This document shows, piece after piece, positions 56,655 through 64,000 of a stretch of 64,000 nt of DNA. Source of the stretch: Amoebidium appalachense (Eukaryota > Protista > Ichthyosporea); contig CAVNZM010000002.1 in NCBI GenBank assembly GCA_963693365.1, positions 8,839,059-8,903,058 on the forward strand, read 5' to 3'. Every line of letters starts with the position of its first letter. Position 1 is the stretch's first letter. A program made the translations under genes and the position numbers. The notes under the pieces are model-generated. The model was not told where the DNA came from, did not search any database, and worked only from the letters and a program-made list of their open reading frames with translations.

Positions 56655-56780
56655 TCGCGCGCGACACGTGGATCGCTTGAGTTTCTGTGACGTCATCATG
56701 ATTACGTCATGTTGGCGCCAAAACACGGCCAGCGCCACCTTGCAAGAACAGCAGTTCAAGATGGCCGTGTGCGCCAAAAC
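56655..56780 (-). promoter_or_regulatory. Motif-dense putative promoter of the TDP43N-zinc-knuckle gene
   Basis: CACGTG 56665-56670, TGACGTCA 56688-56695, TTACGTCA 56702-56709, TTGGCGCCAAAA 56712-56723, CAAGATGGC 56757-56765 and GCGCCAAAA 56771-56779, about 100-215 bp upstream of the ATG. Confidence 0.55.
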
Positions 56781-56843
56781 GTTCAAGTTCTCCTTCTCTC
56801 GAGCTGAGGCTGTCTCTGCACTCTCTCCCCGGGCCGGCCGCCC

Positions 56844-56875
<32 letters not shown>

Positions 56876-57107
56876 TTCCCCCCTCCGCCCTGGTCCCCCC
56901 TCCCCCCGCCCACACCCTCCCCAAGCAAAAAAACCTTTTATCTCCACGTATGATGTATAAAGTACCATCTTGTAACTTCGCTACCTACATATCCTTGTTG
57001 GGTGGAAGTACTGTTGGCCCTGGTACGTGCTGGAACCTCAACGTGTACACTCAGTTGCTTGTCGATAATAAACACACGTTCATAACATTCCCCCCCGCCC
57101 GCCTCTC

Positions 57108-57140
<33 letters not shown>

Positions 57141-58043
57141 TCCTCCCTCGGGAGTTCCCCCCAACATAGCCGGGAAGACGTGTGGGCCTATGAGGACTTT
57201 TTACCCTTTTCGATGGGAGGTGGGGGAAGAAGTTCGCTTCCATGACATTGCTGACTGAAGCACATGCACGTGTGCGCTGAGCCTCACAAAGATAACCGAT
57301 AAAAACATACAAATATTATATATATATACGCGGTAACTAAAGCATCAAAATAACTACTAGGGGAAGTGCCCGATGGTGACGCTCAAGTAGGATTTTTTTG
57401 CAGTGAGGGGTAACTGCGAGAAACAAGGTGAACGATTGTTCCCACACCTGCAAAAAACACCCCCACACACCAGAGAGGTGCTCTGTTACACCTTACTCCC
57501 TTAGAACGCCCGCCCCTTTCCTCCCCGCTCTGCCTGAACACACACATACAGTCAACCCCCCTCCCTCCCTCCCCCCTCCCCCCCCTCCCCCCTTCTCCCC
57601 GGTGGCCCTGTGCACACCTGAGAAGATGCGCAAGTCACCAGCCAAACGGCCGTGATTATGTTGCAAGGGTTCGGGAGTCTGGTTGCACGTGTATGTTTAT
57701 GCGTGGGCGTGGGTGGGTCTGTGTACGTATGCCTTAAGTCTTGTGCATCTACCACAGTCTGCCTATTGGTTTGTGAATGTGGTCTATCAACGTTTTATTG
57801 GAGCCAATTGCTCTGAACATGTGTGCTGTTCGGAAGTGGAACCCTCTTACGTCCAACCGGTAGCAGCCTGTCGACAGGTCGAACAATTTACCTTCTAAAA
57901 CTTGCTACGAATGGTTAGTTATATACCTTGGCCCTTCGTCGATTGCTGCCAGAAAGATCAGTAAAGGATTACCCAAGACATCAAGTGGCATATGGAGTTC
58001 CTTCGCTGCGAGGCTAGGACGTCGACTCTGAATGGTGGTGGGG

Positions 58044-58342
<299 letters not shown>

Positions 58343-59844
58343 GGTGGGGGGGGGGGGGGGGAGCGGGCTGGGGCAACACAACCAACCATACCACGTATTC
58401 ATCAAATTTACCAGCTTTCTAAACTGCTACTTAGAGATCTTCACCCTTGTTCTTCCACTCAGACATTCCGTCCCCCTCAACCCCCCCTTCCCCCCCCCCC
58501 CCCCCCCCCCCCCCCCTCCCCCCTCACTTTCAGAAATCTACCACCGCTCCTCCCTCCCTCCACCGCGCCACCCTCGCCCGCCCCCCGCCCCCTACCCCAC
58601 TACCACACCCTCCTACCCCACCCTCCTCCACCCTCCTTGAAAACAACCTCGCACCTTACCCCAAAACAAAAGTTTTAGTGAAAGTAGGACCGATTAAGAA
58701 GCTTTTTGCTGTGGGGGGCCCAAAACCCGGGCGTTCCCCTTCACCAACGTGTTCTTTCCATGCTTCTTGTGACGTCACGGAGGCGATGTTGAAGACGCTT
58801 TGGCGGTTACTTTTGTATCCTCTTGCTCTATCGGGATTGGCTAATCCTTTAGGCATGCGACTAGCTGCCGGCTAGACTTTATACGTTTAGCCCATGACAA
58901 CATTTGATTAGTAGAAACTCACAGACCTTACTTCGCCCCAAATTGTTATCAAAACGTTAGCCTATCAGTTACCGGCAGATTTTATGTCGAAAAATAGAAT
59001 CAAAGTTGCAACTTGATAATTTTGCCCTCCCTTTATTATATTTCTTAGACCAAGGTAAACTTTTTCAAGTTGAGCTCAGAGTATGCCTTGTACTCGAGTT
59101 CCGAGTCGAACTTCCGACCCTTATAATACTCATGTCATAGGACTCGCGCACGCCATGGCCCATGAGGCTCGTAACAATATCAAGCCCTGGTAAGGTCATC
59201 CAATAAGAGCATTCCATAAGCTTTACAACCAATCATCAAAGCTCTTCGCACATTCCATTACATAACCTCGCTGACGAATCGTGACGATTCAGCAGAAACA
59301 CGCCCGCGCAGGTGGCAAAGGGTCACCACAAGTTACAACGGAGCCTTACTTTTTGTCAAAGTTTAGGTAACAGAGACTTACGTTAAACAAAGGTGCTTAG
59401 ATACGTTTTCTTAGTTGCTTGGAATGCCCATATGAATAATTACATGGATTTATCGTCATAGAAGTGTAACAGCAACCATATTACACAATAGCTCTATGTA
59501 TACAGTGCCACCCTGCCACATCACAGTTTGTCTTGGGTGGTAACTACATCTCACCCATGCCCTACAAGGACTCAGTTGTCACACAGTGTGCCCGCTTCAA
59601 GCGGCTATAATAATAGTCGCTCCAAGACTTAGATAGGGACAGAAGCAGCTCGAATACGGGTAGCAGCTTTAAAACGCACTCCATCAATTCTTTTTTCTCT
59701 TTGCAGTGCTTAGTGCATGTGTTCTACAGCAACACACGAACTTCAGTCCTCGAACGTGCTGGCTGGCACAAAAAAACCTCGGATAAGGCTATTCCCATTG
59801 GCGGACAAAATGAGTCTGTTTGTAAAATTTTTGGCGCAAATTCA

Positions 59845-64000
<4,156 letters not shown>

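Overview
Eukaryotic, intron-rich nuclear DNA saturated with (CA/GT)n, (GA/CT)n and poly-G/poly-C tracts, so nearly all ORF-track entries are repeat artefacts. A unicellular opisthokont, possibly a non-animal holozoan, is my inference from the gene content. Manual splicing with GT-AG sites and consistent phases gives four near-complete genes: a dysbindin homologue (+, 14 exons), aldose 1-epimerase (-), an ankyrin-SAM protein with a C-terminal TM helix (-) whose third intron holds 8 tandem tRNA-Gly genes, and an unusual 280-aa protein (-) joining a TDP-43 N-terminal domain and NLS to six CCHC zinc knuckles and a Gly/Met-rich low-complexity segment, with no RRMs. A fifth gene, encoding a signal-peptide protein, runs off the right edge. 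An accessory island at about 19.5-33.7 kb holds two intronless frameshifted trypsin paralogues, a LINE 3' end, a possible transposase relic, a MITE and an AT-rich modular satellite. Elsewhere are a miniature LTR element with a tRNA-iMet primer site, TTAA-flanked MITEs and an intronic repeat family that always lies sense to its host gene. All homology calls come from recognising motifs by eye; no search was run.
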